From contig JBILMH010000002.1 of NCBI GenBank assembly GCA_044375625.1, positions 5,277 through 69,276 of the forward strand: a stretch of DNA of 64,000 bases, given 5' to 3'. Shown here piece by piece: positions 8,601-18,637 of the stretch. The notes under the pieces are model-generated. The model did no database searches, had not been told where the DNA came from, and was given only the letters and a program-made list of their open reading frames with translations. The stretch comes from Alphaproteobacteria bacterium. Lineage in GTDB: Bacteria > Pseudomonadota > Alphaproteobacteria > CAISOG01. The translations under genes were made by a program, and so were the position numbers. Numbering within the stretch: position 1 is the stretch's first letter; every line of letters begins with the position of its first letter.

Positions 8601-10688
8601 CTACCAGCAACTGACAGGGCACCAGCCGCTGGCCTTTAACTGCTCATCAGGAATCTTTTGACCGGTGGAGCGCAGGCGGTGGCGATACACCTCAATCCCC
8701 TCAGACACGCGCTGAACATAGCCACGGGTTTCGCGAAACGGGATGCTTTCGATCCAGATAAGGGGATCGACGCCAGGTTGGCGGGGGTCGCCATATTTCT
8801 CCGCCCATCCCTGCGCACGATTGGGCCCGGCGTTATAGGCTGCAAAGGTCATCAGATAGGAATTGTTGAATTTGGTCAGCACGCTGCGAGCATAAAAGGT
8901 GCCAACCATCATGTTATAGGCCGGATCGGTAGTTAAGCGGTTCAGGGTAAAGCGTTGCCGCATGGCCTTGGCGGTATCCTGGGCTGTTTGCGGCATCAGC
9001 TGCATCAGGCCGCGGGCGCCCGCGCTGCTTAAGGCATCAACCTGAAACCCGCTTTCTTGGCGGATGATGGCCAACACCAGTGAGGGTTCAACCAGGCCAT
9101 TGGATGGCACCTGAAGCAGGGGATAGCCTGAATCAATCAACGTCACCTGATCCCGCATTGCATGGCGGGCAATTTTGACGGCGGTGGCGGGGCGTTTGGC
9201 CTTCATGGCCATTTCTGCGACGGCGGTAAAGGCGCCAGGCTCCTCCGTGGTATCGGCAATGCGTAACAGAAATGGTTCGATGTCATTGGCGTGGCCATAA
9301 CGCGCCAACAGGTTGGCGGTTTCCACCATGGGATCCTTCATAAAGGTGGTTTTGGCTTCACCAGCCAATTTGGGATCGCTAAACCATGGTGAGGCGTTAG
9401 CGGCTACCACCCCCGCCCGTCGTAAAGATTTAAAGGCAAGCTGACCGTAAAAGGTGGTGGGATATTTGGCCGCCTCCTGCCACAAAGTATTGGCGCGGCC
9501 AAAGTCGTTGGCTGTTTCCGCCGCACGCGCCGCCCAATAGGCCGCCTTAGAGCGGGTGTTGGGGTGATAGGAATTGCCCAACAAGGTTTGGAAGTGATCC
9601 CAAGCGCGGCTGGGCTGATTCAGCTTGACCAGCGCCAACCACCCTGCCAGCTGTTCGGCATCAGTCCAATTGTTGTCCGACGGCTTAAGCCCATGTTTGG
9701 ACGCCAATTCATAGGCGCGGACGTTATCACCCGCCAACATGGCGCGGCGAGCCTGAATTTCCCGCTCCCCCCACCATTTGTCGGGAAAATCGGTGGGCGG
9801 GGTGGTCAGCAAAATGCGTTGGGCATCGGCATCGCGATCGTTTTTGCGCAACCATCGGGTGCGTTCATACAACAGGCCGTTGTTGGCCTGCTGATCGCTG
9901 CTTAGGCGCAACAGCGCCCCATCAATATCCTTAAGCCCGTCAATCATTTTCAATCGCGCCTCAGCAATCGGGCTATAGTTGGCGGGCACTCGTTTCAAAA
10001 TGCGGCGGGCGGCGGTGGGGTTATTTTCCCCCAACAACCGCTCCACCCGCGCCTGATGATCGCTGCTGTCCAACAATTGCCCATAGCGTTCCAAAAACTC
10101 ATTTTCCCCCTGCTGTGGCCAATTGTGGGTGTACCAGGCGTTGCGCGCCACCTGCACCGCATCATCCTGTTTGCCCAGGCTGTAAAGGCTTTTGATATAT
10201 AGGGTGGTGCCGTTGGGAGTTTGCGGCGGGTGGCGGGAAAACCAGTTGGCCACCAGACGGTCATCGCCCACCAGATACAGCGACTGCTCAGCCTTAAGTT
10301 CCAGCGATTTTTGCTGAGGCCAATCGGGATGCTTGGCGATAAAATCGCTAACCTCATCAAAATCAGCCGCATAACCATTACTGACTAAGCGTTTCCATTT
10401 CAGATAACGAATCATTTTTTGGTCATTTAACTGACGTTCTGCTGCCTTGGCCCATTCCCAACGACCGCTATCAATCGCGTCAAGCCCCCGCAAAAAGGGG
10501 TCGCCGCCCTGATCCGCCAGCTTTGATTGCGTCCTATTGTTGGAATTGGCGACGGCGGAATGGGTGGTCGCGGTTGAAAAGGCCAAAAAGGTGCCAATAA
10601 ACAGCCCAAACAGAAAATTGGCGGTTTTGTGCATCACCCATAGCCCTTTCGCATAACCAAATTGAAACAAATCCCTAGCAGAATACAA
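8601..10688 (-). CDS. slt: Soluble lytic murein transglycosylase (Slt70-like)
   Basis: Signal peptide, superhelical N-terminal domain, SLT catalytic motif ESGFQVDALSSAGARGLMQLMPQTA. Confidence 0.85.
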   Translation of the reverse strand: MYSARDLFQFGYAKGLWVMHKTANFLFGLFIGTFLAFSTATTHSAVANSNNRTQSKLADQGGDPFLRGLDAIDSGRWEWAKAAERQLNDQKMIRYLKWKRLVSNGYAADFDEVSDFIAKHPDWPQQKSLELKAEQSLYLVGDDRLVANWFSRHPPQTPNGTTLYIKSLYSLGKQDDAVQVARNAWYTHNWPQQGENEFLERYGQLLDSSDHQARVERLLGENNPTAARRILKRVPANYSPIAEARLKMIDGLKDIDGALLRLSSDQQANNGLLYERTRWLRKNDRDADAQRILLTTPPTDFPDKWWGEREIQARRAMLAGDNVRAYELASKHGLKPSDNNWTDAEQLAGWLALVKLNQPSRAWDHFQTLLGNSYHPNTRSKAAYWAARAAETANDFGRANTLWQEAAKYPTTFYGQLAFKSLRRAGVVAANASPWFSDPKLAGEAKTTFMKDPMVETANLLARYGHANDIEPFLLRIADTTEEPGAFTAVAEMAMKAKRPATAVKIARHAMRDQVTLIDSGYPLLQVPSNGLVEPSLVLAIIRQESGFQVDALSSAGARGLMQLMPQTAQDTAKAMRQRFTLNRLTTDPAYNMMVGTFYARSVLTKFNNSYLMTFAAYNAGPNRAQGWAEKYGDPRQPGVDPLIWIESIPFRETRGYVQRVSEGIEVYRHRLRSTGQKIPDEQLKASGWCPVSCW

Positions 10689-10798
10689 TTCTACAGAGTA
10701 GCCTTGTCATCGCCGCTCTTCATAAAGCACCCGTTGGGGCGTCCTCTGAAGACGCGACATTTGTTAACAGTTATGCACGTTTGAACAGGTAAAACAAC

Positions 10799-11761
10799 AT
10801 GGCCACAGGTTTGGGAAACCCACCGCCCTTTTGTGGGGTTACCACCGCGCTGATTACCCCCTTTCGCGATGGCCATATGGATTTGCCCGCACTGGAAAAA
10901 TTGGTGGACTGGCAGATTGTTGAGGGAATTCACGGCCTGGTGGTGGCGGGATCGACGGGGGAATCCCTGTCACTGAGTGAGGCGGAACGCGATAACCTGC
11001 TGCATAGCGCGCTGCAAGCGGCGGGGGGAAGAGTGCCTGTTATCGCGGGCACGGGATCCAGCGATACGGCCACCGCAATCCGTCTAACTCAGGCAGCGGA
11101 AAAAAGGGGCGCATCGGCTGCCCTGGTGGTAACACCCGCCTACAATAAACCAAGTCAGGAGGGGTTGTATCAGCATTTTCGGGCGATTCATGATGCCAGC
11201 AGCCTGCCGATTATCCTGTATGACGTGCCTGGCCGTACAGCAGTGCAGCTGGCGGTGGAAACCGTCGCGCGCCTGGCAGAGCTGCCAAGGGTGATTGGGA
11301 TTAAGGATGCCAACGACAATTTGGCCAGGCCTTTGCAGTTGCGGCTGGCAACCCGTCCCGATTTTTTGTTGCTGGGGGGTGAAAATCAGACGGCCTTAGC
11401 TTTTCTGGCGCAGGGGGGGCAGGGGTGGATTTCGGTGACCAGCAATGTTGCGCCGCGCCTGTGCGCCCAGTTGTACAACGGTTGGACGGCGTTGCAGGCC
11501 GGGCAGGGGGATTGGGAGCTGTTGAATCGCCTAAATCTTGCGCTATTACCGCTCAGCGATGCGCTCTTTCTGGAATCCAATCCGGCACCTACCAAACACG
11601 CCCTTAGCCTGTTGGGGCTTTGTCGGGATGAATTGCGCCTGCCTCTGGTATCGGTATCATCAAAAACGGCCGATACCTTGGCAAAGGTTTTGGCAAATCT
11701 TTTCGATGATAATCAATGGGATGAGCAAGAGGGGGGGCGGCGGTCGTCTAAACAGCAATGA
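10799..11761 (+). CDS. dapA: 4-hydroxy-tetrahydrodipicolinate synthase
   Basis: TALITPF, GLVVAGSTGES, catalytic-Lys region, ~300 aa core. Confidence 0.9.
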   Translation: MATGLGNPPPFCGVTTALITPFRDGHMDLPALEKLVDWQIVEGIHGLVVAGSTGESLSLSEAERDNLLHSALQAAGGRVPVIAGTGSSDTATAIRLTQAAEKRGASAALVVTPAYNKPSQEGLYQHFRAIHDASSLPIILYDVPGRTAVQLAVETVARLAELPRVIGIKDANDNLARPLQLRLATRPDFLLLGGENQTALAFLAQGGQGWISVTSNVAPRLCAQLYNGWTALQAGQGDWELLNRLNLALLPLSDALFLESNPAPTKHALSLLGLCRDELRLPLVSVSSKTADTLAKVLANLFDDNQWDEQEGGRRSSKQQ

Positions 11762-12201
11762 CCAAGCAAGTTGCACAAAATCGGCGGGCGCGCTTTGACT
11801 ATGAGATGGTCGAAAAACTGACCGCTGGCCTGATGCTGGTCGGAACAGAGGTCAAATCCCTGCGCCTGGGTCGTTGCAGCCTTAACGAAGCCTTTGCGGT
11901 TGAAAAGGATGGCGAGTTGTTTTTGGTGGGCGCCAACATCGCGGTGTACCCTCAGGCCAGTCATTTCAACCATGATCCAACCCGCCCCCGCAAATTGCTG
12001 TTGAAGGGCAAGCAATTGGCCTCTTGGCTGGGCGCTATTCGGCAAAAGGGGCTGACCATTGTGCCGTTGTCCATCTTTTTTGCCGACAATGGCCGCGCCA
12101 AATGCGAATTGGCCTTAGCGCGTGGGCGCAAAAACTATGATAAGCGTGAGGCGATTAAGCAGCGCGATTGGCAGCGTGAAAAGGTGCAGCTGTTGCGTTA
12201 G
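11758..12201 (+). CDS. smpB: SsrA-binding protein
   Basis: NRRARFDYEMVEKLTAGLMLVGTEVKSLR, 147 aa, 4-nt overlap with dapA. Confidence 0.9.
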   Translation: MTKQVAQNRRARFDYEMVEKLTAGLMLVGTEVKSLRLGRCSLNEAFAVEKDGELFLVGANIAVYPQASHFNHDPTRPRKLLLKGKQLASWLGAIRQKGLTIVPLSIFFADNGRAKCELALARGRKNYDKREAIKQRDWQREKVQLLR

Positions 12202-12277
12202 GTTCTGCTGGCGCGTGAGTCTTAGAGGGGGGAGCATATCTCACTTCCCCCCCCCAAAAAAAACCAACATAAAAACC

Positions 12278-14098
12278 TTAGCTTAGGCGTGCCTTTACAT
12301 AGCTGCCTGGCGCATTTTCAATCGCTTTCAGCTTGCCACTGCCAGGTTGGCGGGCGGGCACCTGACCATCGCTATATTGACCAATCCAACGCTGCCATTC
12401 TGGCCACCAGGAACCTGGAGTTGCTTTAGCGTCCGTCAACCACTCTTCGGGATTGGTGGGGTAGTTGGGGTTGACCCAATATTGGTATTTTTGCGCGGCG
12501 GGCGGGTTTACCACCCCAGCAATATGCCCCGAATCGCTCAACACAAATTCCACCTGACCCTTGTACAGCTGAGTCGCGGCATAGGTTGCGTGCCAGGGGG
12601 CAATGTGATCGCTTTTGGTGGACAGCAAAAAGCTGGGCACGGTGATTTTGCTAAGGTCGATACCAACCCCGCAAAGATCAATGCCATTTGGCACCACCAA
12701 CAAGTTTTTCAAATACATGTTGCGCAGGTAGAAACTGTGCATCTTAGCGGGCAGGCGGGTGGAATCGGAGTTCCAATACAACAGGTCAAATGGGAACGGA
12801 TCTTTACCCATCAGATAGTTGTTGACCACAAACGACCAGATTAAATCGTTGGCGCGCAGCATGTTAAAGGTGGTGGCCATCGCCTTACCCTCTAAATAGC
12901 CTGTTTTGGCCATTTTTTCGTCCAACGCCGCCAACTGTTCCTCATCGATAAAGACTTCCAGGTCACCAGCTTCGGCAAAATCCACCAGGGTGGTGAAATA
13001 GGTGGCACTGGCAACCGGCGATTTCTTCTGGCTGGCCAGATAGGATAGGGTGCATGCCAACAACGTGCCGCCAATGCAATAGCCGATAACGTTAATGCTT
13101 TCTTCGCCAGTCGCCTGGGTAACGGCATCCAGGGCGGTTAAAACGCCGTCGGTCATGTAGGTGTCAAAGCCAACATCAATATGCCGTTCATCGGGGTTTA
13201 CCCATGACACCACAAAGGTGGTGTGCCCCTGATCAACCGTCCATTTCAAAAAGGAATTTTTTTCCTGCAAATCAAGAATATAGTATTTGTTAATCCATGG
13301 TGGAACAACCAAAAGCGGGCGCTTAGCCACCGTTTCGGTGCTGGGGCTGTACTGAATAAGTTGAAACAAATGATTCTGGAAAACAATTTTCCCAGGGGTG
13401 GTGGCAATGTTTTCACCGACCTTAAAAGCGGTCAGGTCAGTCATTTTGATGTTCAGTTGTCCGCCGCCAGATTCCAAATCATCCAGCATGTTGTTCAAAC
13501 CCTTAACCAGGTTTTCACCGCCGCTTTCCAGGGTGGCACGAAGGACTTCAGGGTTGGTTGCCCAAAAATTGCTGGGCGCGATGGCATCGGTCAGTTGGCG
13601 GGTGTAGAATTCAATTTTATGGCGGGTTTTTTCATCCAACCCATCCACTTCTGACATGACCGTGTTGATATACTTACTGGTCAACAGATAGCTTTGTTTA
13701 ACGAAATCAAACCAGCTGTTTTCCTCCCACGCATGGTCGCGAAAACGCTTGTCCCCTGGTGGCGGAGCGATAACCGATTCGCCTTGCTCCCCCAAGGCTT
13801 TCAGCCATGAATTTTGCCACAGATTATACGCTTCCTGACCCCAGGCGATTTGCTTTTCCATCAAGCCAACGGGATCTTGCCATAATTGCATGCCCGCCTC
13901 GGCAAATGCCTTGCCAATGCTGCTAAGGTCGGCCAGCACCAGGGTGGCATCAGAACTGTTGGAACGCCCCAAAGCCTCACCCATGATTTTTTGCATCCGC
14001 ATGGTGGCGTTGGTAAAGGCCTCGGCCAGCTCAATCGGATCGATCATCTTGGTTTCCTGGTCAAAATTATGGTTGGGGGATGCTGAGGAATTGCTCAT
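12278..14098 (-). CDS. phaC: Class I poly(R)-hydroxyalkanoic acid synthase
   Basis: Lipase-box IGYCIGGTLLA, ~600 aa, N-terminal PhaC_N region. Confidence 0.9.
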   Translation of the reverse strand: MSNSSASPNHNFDQETKMIDPIELAEAFTNATMRMQKIMGEALGRSNSSDATLVLADLSSIGKAFAEAGMQLWQDPVGLMEKQIAWGQEAYNLWQNSWLKALGEQGESVIAPPPGDKRFRDHAWEENSWFDFVKQSYLLTSKYINTVMSEVDGLDEKTRHKIEFYTRQLTDAIAPSNFWATNPEVLRATLESGGENLVKGLNNMLDDLESGGGQLNIKMTDLTAFKVGENIATTPGKIVFQNHLFQLIQYSPSTETVAKRPLLVVPPWINKYYILDLQEKNSFLKWTVDQGHTTFVVSWVNPDERHIDVGFDTYMTDGVLTALDAVTQATGEESINVIGYCIGGTLLACTLSYLASQKKSPVASATYFTTLVDFAEAGDLEVFIDEEQLAALDEKMAKTGYLEGKAMATTFNMLRANDLIWSFVVNNYLMGKDPFPFDLLYWNSDSTRLPAKMHSFYLRNMYLKNLLVVPNGIDLCGVGIDLSKITVPSFLLSTKSDHIAPWHATYAATQLYKGQVEFVLSDSGHIAGVVNPPAAQKYQYWVNPNYPTNPEEWLTDAKATPGSWWPEWQRWIGQYSDGQVPARQPGSGKLKAIENAPGSYVKARLS

Positions 14099-14338
14099 GA
14101 TAAAACCTAAAAAAAATTAAGGTGGGGCAGGGGGATAGGGGCACTGAAAGAAATAGTTTAAGCGAACGAAACTTGGCAATTTTGATTTTGAATTTGACCA
14201 TCGATTTATTCATAGACCGTTGTATCATCCTTGCCAAGAGTGATGCAAATTGCCAGTTTATGGACGCTTTTTAACAATCATCCTAAGCCGCACGAAAATC
14301 TTTCAAAGAATCGCATTGGGTGCTATGCAGGACTGACC

Positions 14339-16396
14339 ATGCCAAATCATCGTACCAAACGACGCCTATCCTTTCTTTCGGTAACAGCCCTGTTATCGGC
14401 AGGGCTTGCCGTGATTCCGTCGGCGTTTCTCAAGGCGGATGGGGCAGGGTTATTGCCGCTAGACCTGAACAGCGCTAGCATTGCTGAGGGTTTGCCGCCG
14501 CCCCCTGCACCAGTCCAAGAAATGCCTTCTGAGCAGCAGGCTAAGCCCGCAACAGCAGATGGCGCAAATTTGTTATCGTTGGATTTGAATCAAGACAGCA
14601 TTTCGGAGGGGTTGCCGCAGCCAGCACCTCAGGCACCTGCACCAGCGAAAGCCGAAGGAACAGATAAGCTACAGCTCGATTTGGATAGTACCAGCATTGC
14701 TGAGGGCTTGCCAAAGCCCGTGCCTCAGGCACCTGCACCTGTTGCCCAAGCTGCACCCGCAACAGTAGATGGCGCAAATTTGTTATCGTTAGATTTGAAT
14801 CAAGACAGTATTTCGGAGGGGTTACCCAAGCCAGCGCCAGTTGCTCAAACTGCACCTGTTAAAGCCGAAGGAAGCGAGAAGTTACAGCTAGATTTGGATA
14901 GTACCAGCATTGCCGAGGGCTTGCCGAAGCCTGTGCAGCCAAAACCCGTTGCCCAGGCCGTCTCTGCACCCGCGAAAGCCGAAGGTGCTGATAAGCTACA
15001 GCTGGATCTGGATAGCAGCAGCATTGCTGAGGGGCTTGCGCCGCCACCAGCCCCTAAGACTGTAGCCGATGTTCCCCCTCAGCCTTCACAACCTGCTCCG
15101 TCAGCACCGCCAACGCCTGCAAGTCCAGCCATTATTGCCGCCGTGCCGCAGCCAATGCCAACACCAGCGCCAACTCCTGCGCCTAAAGCTGCCGTGAACG
15201 TAATGCCGCCCGCCCCAACATACGCCACCCCGCCAAGACCTGCACCAAGACCGACTCCCCGCAATGCCAGCAATGATGCGTTTGAAACAATGCGTCAGCA
15301 GGGCAGTCAGTCGCCCTATACGGTGCCAGTCCCTGAACCGCGGCCAATGGCCAGCAATACCACCCCACCGATTCAAACCCTGCGATCCCCCAACCGGACG
15401 CGCAGCGAATCATGGGACAATTTCATGAGTGAAAGCCGCCAGCAAGGGGCGGTTCCGAATAAAGCACCAGAGGCGCCCGTGACACCCGTGCCGCAACCCG
15501 TTCAACCCGTCGCACCAGTGGCCAAATCAACCTTGGCGCCTGTGACACCTGGCCTGCAGAATCAGACGCCGAACGTGATTGCTGCGCTAGCGCCAGTAGT
15601 TAGCAATATCGCCCCGACTCCATTAACAGAAGAACAGTCAACCTATCCCAAACTCAGCAGTCAGGATAGCCGCCCGCAAGCACAGCTTAGCGTACAAGAT
15701 CGTGAAAATCTGCGTCAACAGCTGGAGTCCGAGCGGGTCGAATCCAATAAGTTTTCGGGACAGGCCGCCCCAACTGATCCAGCAGCCGCCCCGGTCTCAG
15801 CTCCCAAGAAAATGCCGTCGGCCAGTCTAGAAGACGTTTATCAGCAGCAATTGATGGCCTCGTCCAGCACGGTAACAACCCTAACCGCTGGGGTGGAGCG
15901 GGATCGCGTGTTGGTGCCTAAGCGGGTAGACAATGGTGCCGAATCAGCCAATGACACCGCCGGCAATGCTGCCCCCCCCTCTGCGATGGCGGCCAAAGAT
16001 ACCAAAATTATTACCAGTGCAAGCCTGCCCATGCAGTCGTCATCGCTAAGTCGGGTAGATTTTGACAGAAAATCAACGGTGATTTCGACGCAGGCCAAGG
16101 CGCAGTTGCGAGAGGTTTATCGCGCTTATCAGCAAAACAATACGGACATTGAGGTTGTTGGCCTTTACCAGCCCAAAGATACCGATGCCCCCCGTGTGAT
16201 TAGTGGCGGTGCAAAAAATTCTGGCGATACCGACAATGCTGGCCTAGCTGCCCGTCAGGCGGAGGCAGTTTCCGCCTATCTATTGCAACTTGGGGTACCA
16301 ATGCAATCGGTGAATATCATTGTACGGGCGGCCGATGCGGGGCAGGGCGATGGCGCGGGCAGCTGGGTTGAGATTCAGCGCGGATCCGCCAACTAA
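14339..16396 (+). CDS. Secreted/outer-membrane proline-rich tandem-repeat protein with C-terminal OmpA-like peptidoglycan-binding domain
   Basis: Signal peptide (MPNHRTKRRLSFLSVTALLSAGLA; ATG at 14339 inside the longer ORF). Seven copies of a ~19-aa motif LLSLDLNQDSISEGLP / LQLDLDSTSIAEGLP separated by PA-rich linkers, then a long P/A/T-rich spacer. C-terminus VDFDRKSTVISTQAKAQLREVYRAY...AGLAARQAEAVSAYLLQLGV is OmpA_C-like. Confidence 0.6.
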   Translation: MPNHRTKRRLSFLSVTALLSAGLAVIPSAFLKADGAGLLPLDLNSASIAEGLPPPPAPVQEMPSEQQAKPATADGANLLSLDLNQDSISEGLPQPAPQAPAPAKAEGTDKLQLDLDSTSIAEGLPKPVPQAPAPVAQAAPATVDGANLLSLDLNQDSISEGLPKPAPVAQTAPVKAEGSEKLQLDLDSTSIAEGLPKPVQPKPVAQAVSAPAKAEGADKLQLDLDSSSIAEGLAPPPAPKTVADVPPQPSQPAPSAPPTPASPAIIAAVPQPMPTPAPTPAPKAAVNVMPPAPTYATPPRPAPRPTPRNASNDAFETMRQQGSQSPYTVPVPEPRPMASNTTPPIQTLRSPNRTRSESWDNFMSESRQQGAVPNKAPEAPVTPVPQPVQPVAPVAKSTLAPVTPGLQNQTPNVIAALAPVVSNIAPTPLTEEQSTYPKLSSQDSRPQAQLSVQDRENLRQQLESERVESNKFSGQAAPTDPAAAPVSAPKKMPSASLEDVYQQQLMASSSTVTTLTAGVERDRVLVPKRVDNGAESANDTAGNAAPPSAMAAKDTKIITSASLPMQSSSLSRVDFDRKSTVISTQAKAQLREVYRAYQQNNTDIEVVGLYQPKDTDAPRVISGGAKNSGDTDNAGLAARQAEAVSAYLLQLGVPMQSVNIIVRAADAGQGDGAGSWVEIQRGSAN
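14441..15040. repeat. Intragenic tandem repeat array (about 7 units, alternating two motif variants) encoding the LDL(N/D)xxSIxEGLP motif
   Basis: Repeated DNA blocks such as ttatcgttggatttgaatcaagacagcatttcggaggggttgcc and ctacagctcgatttggatagtaccagcattgctgagggcttgcc recur with minor changes. Confidence 0.7.
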
Positions 16397-16509
16397 AACA
16401 ATTTAAAAACGATTTAAAAACAATATCATGCTATAAGTTCTTCATAAAATTTATGAATGTAATATCGATTATCAAAACCGCCAAGCCTTACCGCCAGCCA
16501 TACTAAAAT

Positions 16510-18033
16510 TTAACTTTCGCCCTGCGCCTTGCTAAAGGCCTCTTTGCCATCAAAGCGATAGAGTTTTTCCAGATGCATCCAGCTGACCTGGTCATGCAGG
16601 TGGCTTAGCAGTTTTTGCACCGCCTCATCCGTCACGGGGGTGGCGGGGTGGCGCGCCACAAAGCGGCAACGCCAATGATCGACCAGGTCGGTGTTGGGAT
16701 TGTTTTCGGGGTACACCACCGTGCCACGGCTGGAAATCAGTTTCAGCTGCCAATCGCTATCCGCACAGTGCGCCTCCAACCGATTCCCCAGCTCATAGAC
16801 ATCGCCGACATAGTCGACATAAACGTCGATCCCGACCAGTTCGCGCACGGCGGGATGCTGATCCGTATCGCCCTCCGCCGCCAGGGTGATATTGCTGTAA
16901 ATGCGCGGTTCCACCCCGGGCAGGGTGTTGCCCAAATTGCTAATGATGCGGTCAACATAGGCGTTGGTGCTGCCCCCCTGACCCTTCGCCGCCAGATCGC
17001 CTGTTAAGTCTTGCCCGCCCGCCAAGGTCACAAAAACCGCGCTTTCGATGCGGTTGGCATGGTCGAATAAACCCTGGTGGCGCAGCATCATGACAGCGGA
17101 CAGCAGCAGGGCAGTGGGGTTGGCCACCCCCTTACCCGCAATTTGCGGCGCGCTGCCGTGCACGGCCTCAAACATGGCGGCATGTGCCCCGATATTGGCG
17201 CTGGGCGCGACGCCCAGACCGCCGACCAGCCCCGCACCCAAATCGCTGATGATATCGCCATTCATGTTCGAGGTCACAATCACCTCAAACTGTTCGGGCG
17301 CAATCACCATCTGATGGGCGCAGTTATCAATCAACAAATGTTCGCCTGCGATGTTGGGATAGGTGGGCAACAGATCCTCCATCGCCTGTTTCATCAGGCC
17401 TTCGGTCATTTTCATGATGTTGGCCTTGGTTGCGGTGTGCAGGGTTTTGCGCCCCTCCGCCTTGGCCAGCTCCATCGCAAAGCGCATGATTTTGCGGCAC
17501 CCCTTACGCGACATCAGCTTCAGGCATTGGGCGACGTTGGGGGTTTGCATATATTCGATGCCCGCGTACAAATCCTCAACATTTTCGCGCACCACCACAA
17601 AATCAATGGCACGGTCAGAGAAGGGGGTTTTGATACCGGGCAGGGTGCGCACGGGGCGGACATTGGCATACAGCTCAAACAGCTTGCGCAGCGTGACATT
17701 AGCGCTTTTGTTGCCAAAGCCGATGGGGGTTTCCAGCGGGCCTTTCAAAGCCATGCCGCAGGATTCGATGGCGTCCAAAGCCTCCTGTGGCACGCCGGTT
17801 TCCACCCCACGGGCGAACAAACTTGCGCCAGCCTCGTTAACCTGCCAGTCAATCGGAGCGCCAGCGGCATCCAGCACCCGCACGGTGGCCGCCACCACCT
17901 CTGGCCCGATGCCATCCCCCTGCAAAACCACCACTTTTTGACGGGGCAGGGCGGCGGTGGCAAGATTGGCTGTTGGGGATGATGCGGCGGGTGAAGAACT
18001 GTGTGAAGACTGGTGCATGCTAAGGCTTTCCAA
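16510..18033 (-). CDS. icd: Isocitrate dehydrogenase (IDH/IMDH family) with about 120-aa C-terminal extension and a short S/A-rich N-terminal extension
   Basis: VLQGDGIGPEV nucleotide/substrate motif, NLFGDI-like region, ~380-aa IDH core followed by an extra C-terminal domain as in Rickettsia-type IDH. Confidence 0.75.
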   Translation of the reverse strand: MESLSMHQSSHSSSPAASSPTANLATAALPRQKVVVLQGDGIGPEVVAATVRVLDAAGAPIDWQVNEAGASLFARGVETGVPQEALDAIESCGMALKGPLETPIGFGNKSANVTLRKLFELYANVRPVRTLPGIKTPFSDRAIDFVVVRENVEDLYAGIEYMQTPNVAQCLKLMSRKGCRKIMRFAMELAKAEGRKTLHTATKANIMKMTEGLMKQAMEDLLPTYPNIAGEHLLIDNCAHQMVIAPEQFEVIVTSNMNGDIISDLGAGLVGGLGVAPSANIGAHAAMFEAVHGSAPQIAGKGVANPTALLLSAVMMLRHQGLFDHANRIESAVFVTLAGGQDLTGDLAAKGQGGSTNAYVDRIISNLGNTLPGVEPRIYSNITLAAEGDTDQHPAVRELVGIDVYVDYVGDVYELGNRLEAHCADSDWQLKLISSRGTVVYPENNPNTDLVDHWRCRFVARHPATPVTDEAVQKLLSHLHDQVSWMHLEKLYRFDGKEAFSKAQGES

Positions 18034-18340
18034 AAAAACTGGCTGTGTTTTTACCCTAATCGTGCCGTGGTTAACAGATGGTTATCATGGGTTAAAAACA
18101 TGGTTTTTGCAGATGGTTTTGATGCTTTTCGCAGCCTGCTTCTCGCCAGCCGTTTGGGATGGAAATGCATCCTGCTTATCCGCTCCGCTTGCGTCCGCCG
18201 TTTTTTTTGGGGGGGGGATGCAGGTCAATCCGTTGTTAGAGCATTTTCCATTTAGCCGCCAACCAGCCCCAAACCCACCAATCCTGTCACCGCTAATTTA
18301 CATAATATAAATTATACGATTTATGAAATCCAAAAACATA

Positions 18341-18397
18341 TTGACACTTTATGTAGTACACTGTTTTAATAAATTAACACTTATGGAGAATTTATAA
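18341..18397 (+). promoter_or_regulatory. Sigma70-like promoter plus RBS for the AT-rich ORFan
   Basis: TTGACA 18341-18346, TTTAAT ~18365-18370 (18-nt spacer), GGAGA 18385-18389. Confidence 0.4.
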
Positions 18398-18592
18398 ATG
18401 GCAAAACGTAAACCTGTGCAATCATTTGAAAAGCGTAGAGATCAGTTTCTAGAAAAACATGGCGCTGAATATGGCCTTAAGGATGCTTATGATGCCCTTA
18501 TTGCAGTCCAAACACCAGAAGCTGTTGCTGAAGCCTTAGATAGCCTAATTGAGGCTATGGAAGAATATGTCGAATCTATTCCTGCTGGTTAA
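18398..18592 (+). CDS. ORFan small protein in AT-rich islet; N-terminal part of a gene interrupted by an in-frame TAA
   Basis: TTGACA (18341-18346) -35, TTTAAT -10, GGAGA RBS 8 nt before ATG. Paralogous to the N-terminal/middle part of 37599..38048. Confidence 0.4.
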   Translation: MAKRKPVQSFEKRRDQFLEKHGAEYGLKDAYDALIAVQTPEAVAEALDSLIEAMEEYVESIPAG

Positions 18593-18637
18593 CCTGATCG
18601 CAAAACTAGTTCTGGATTTTTTTGTGCTGAAATAGTT

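Noticed and set aside
12202-12277. GGGGGGAG...CTTCCCCCCCCC stem followed by an A8 run between convergent smpB and phaC, as a possible bidirectional terminator
   Set aside because: The run is A-rich rather than T-rich on the smpB strand, and on the phaC strand the U-run would precede the stem. Non-canonical, so left uncalled.
16441-16457. AT-only near-palindrome TTCATAAA-A-TTTATGAA and the direct repeat ATTTAAAAAC x2 between the convergent repeat-protein and icd genes
   Set aside because: Short, AT-only and imperfect. It could be a weak terminator or binding site, but there is insufficient evidence.
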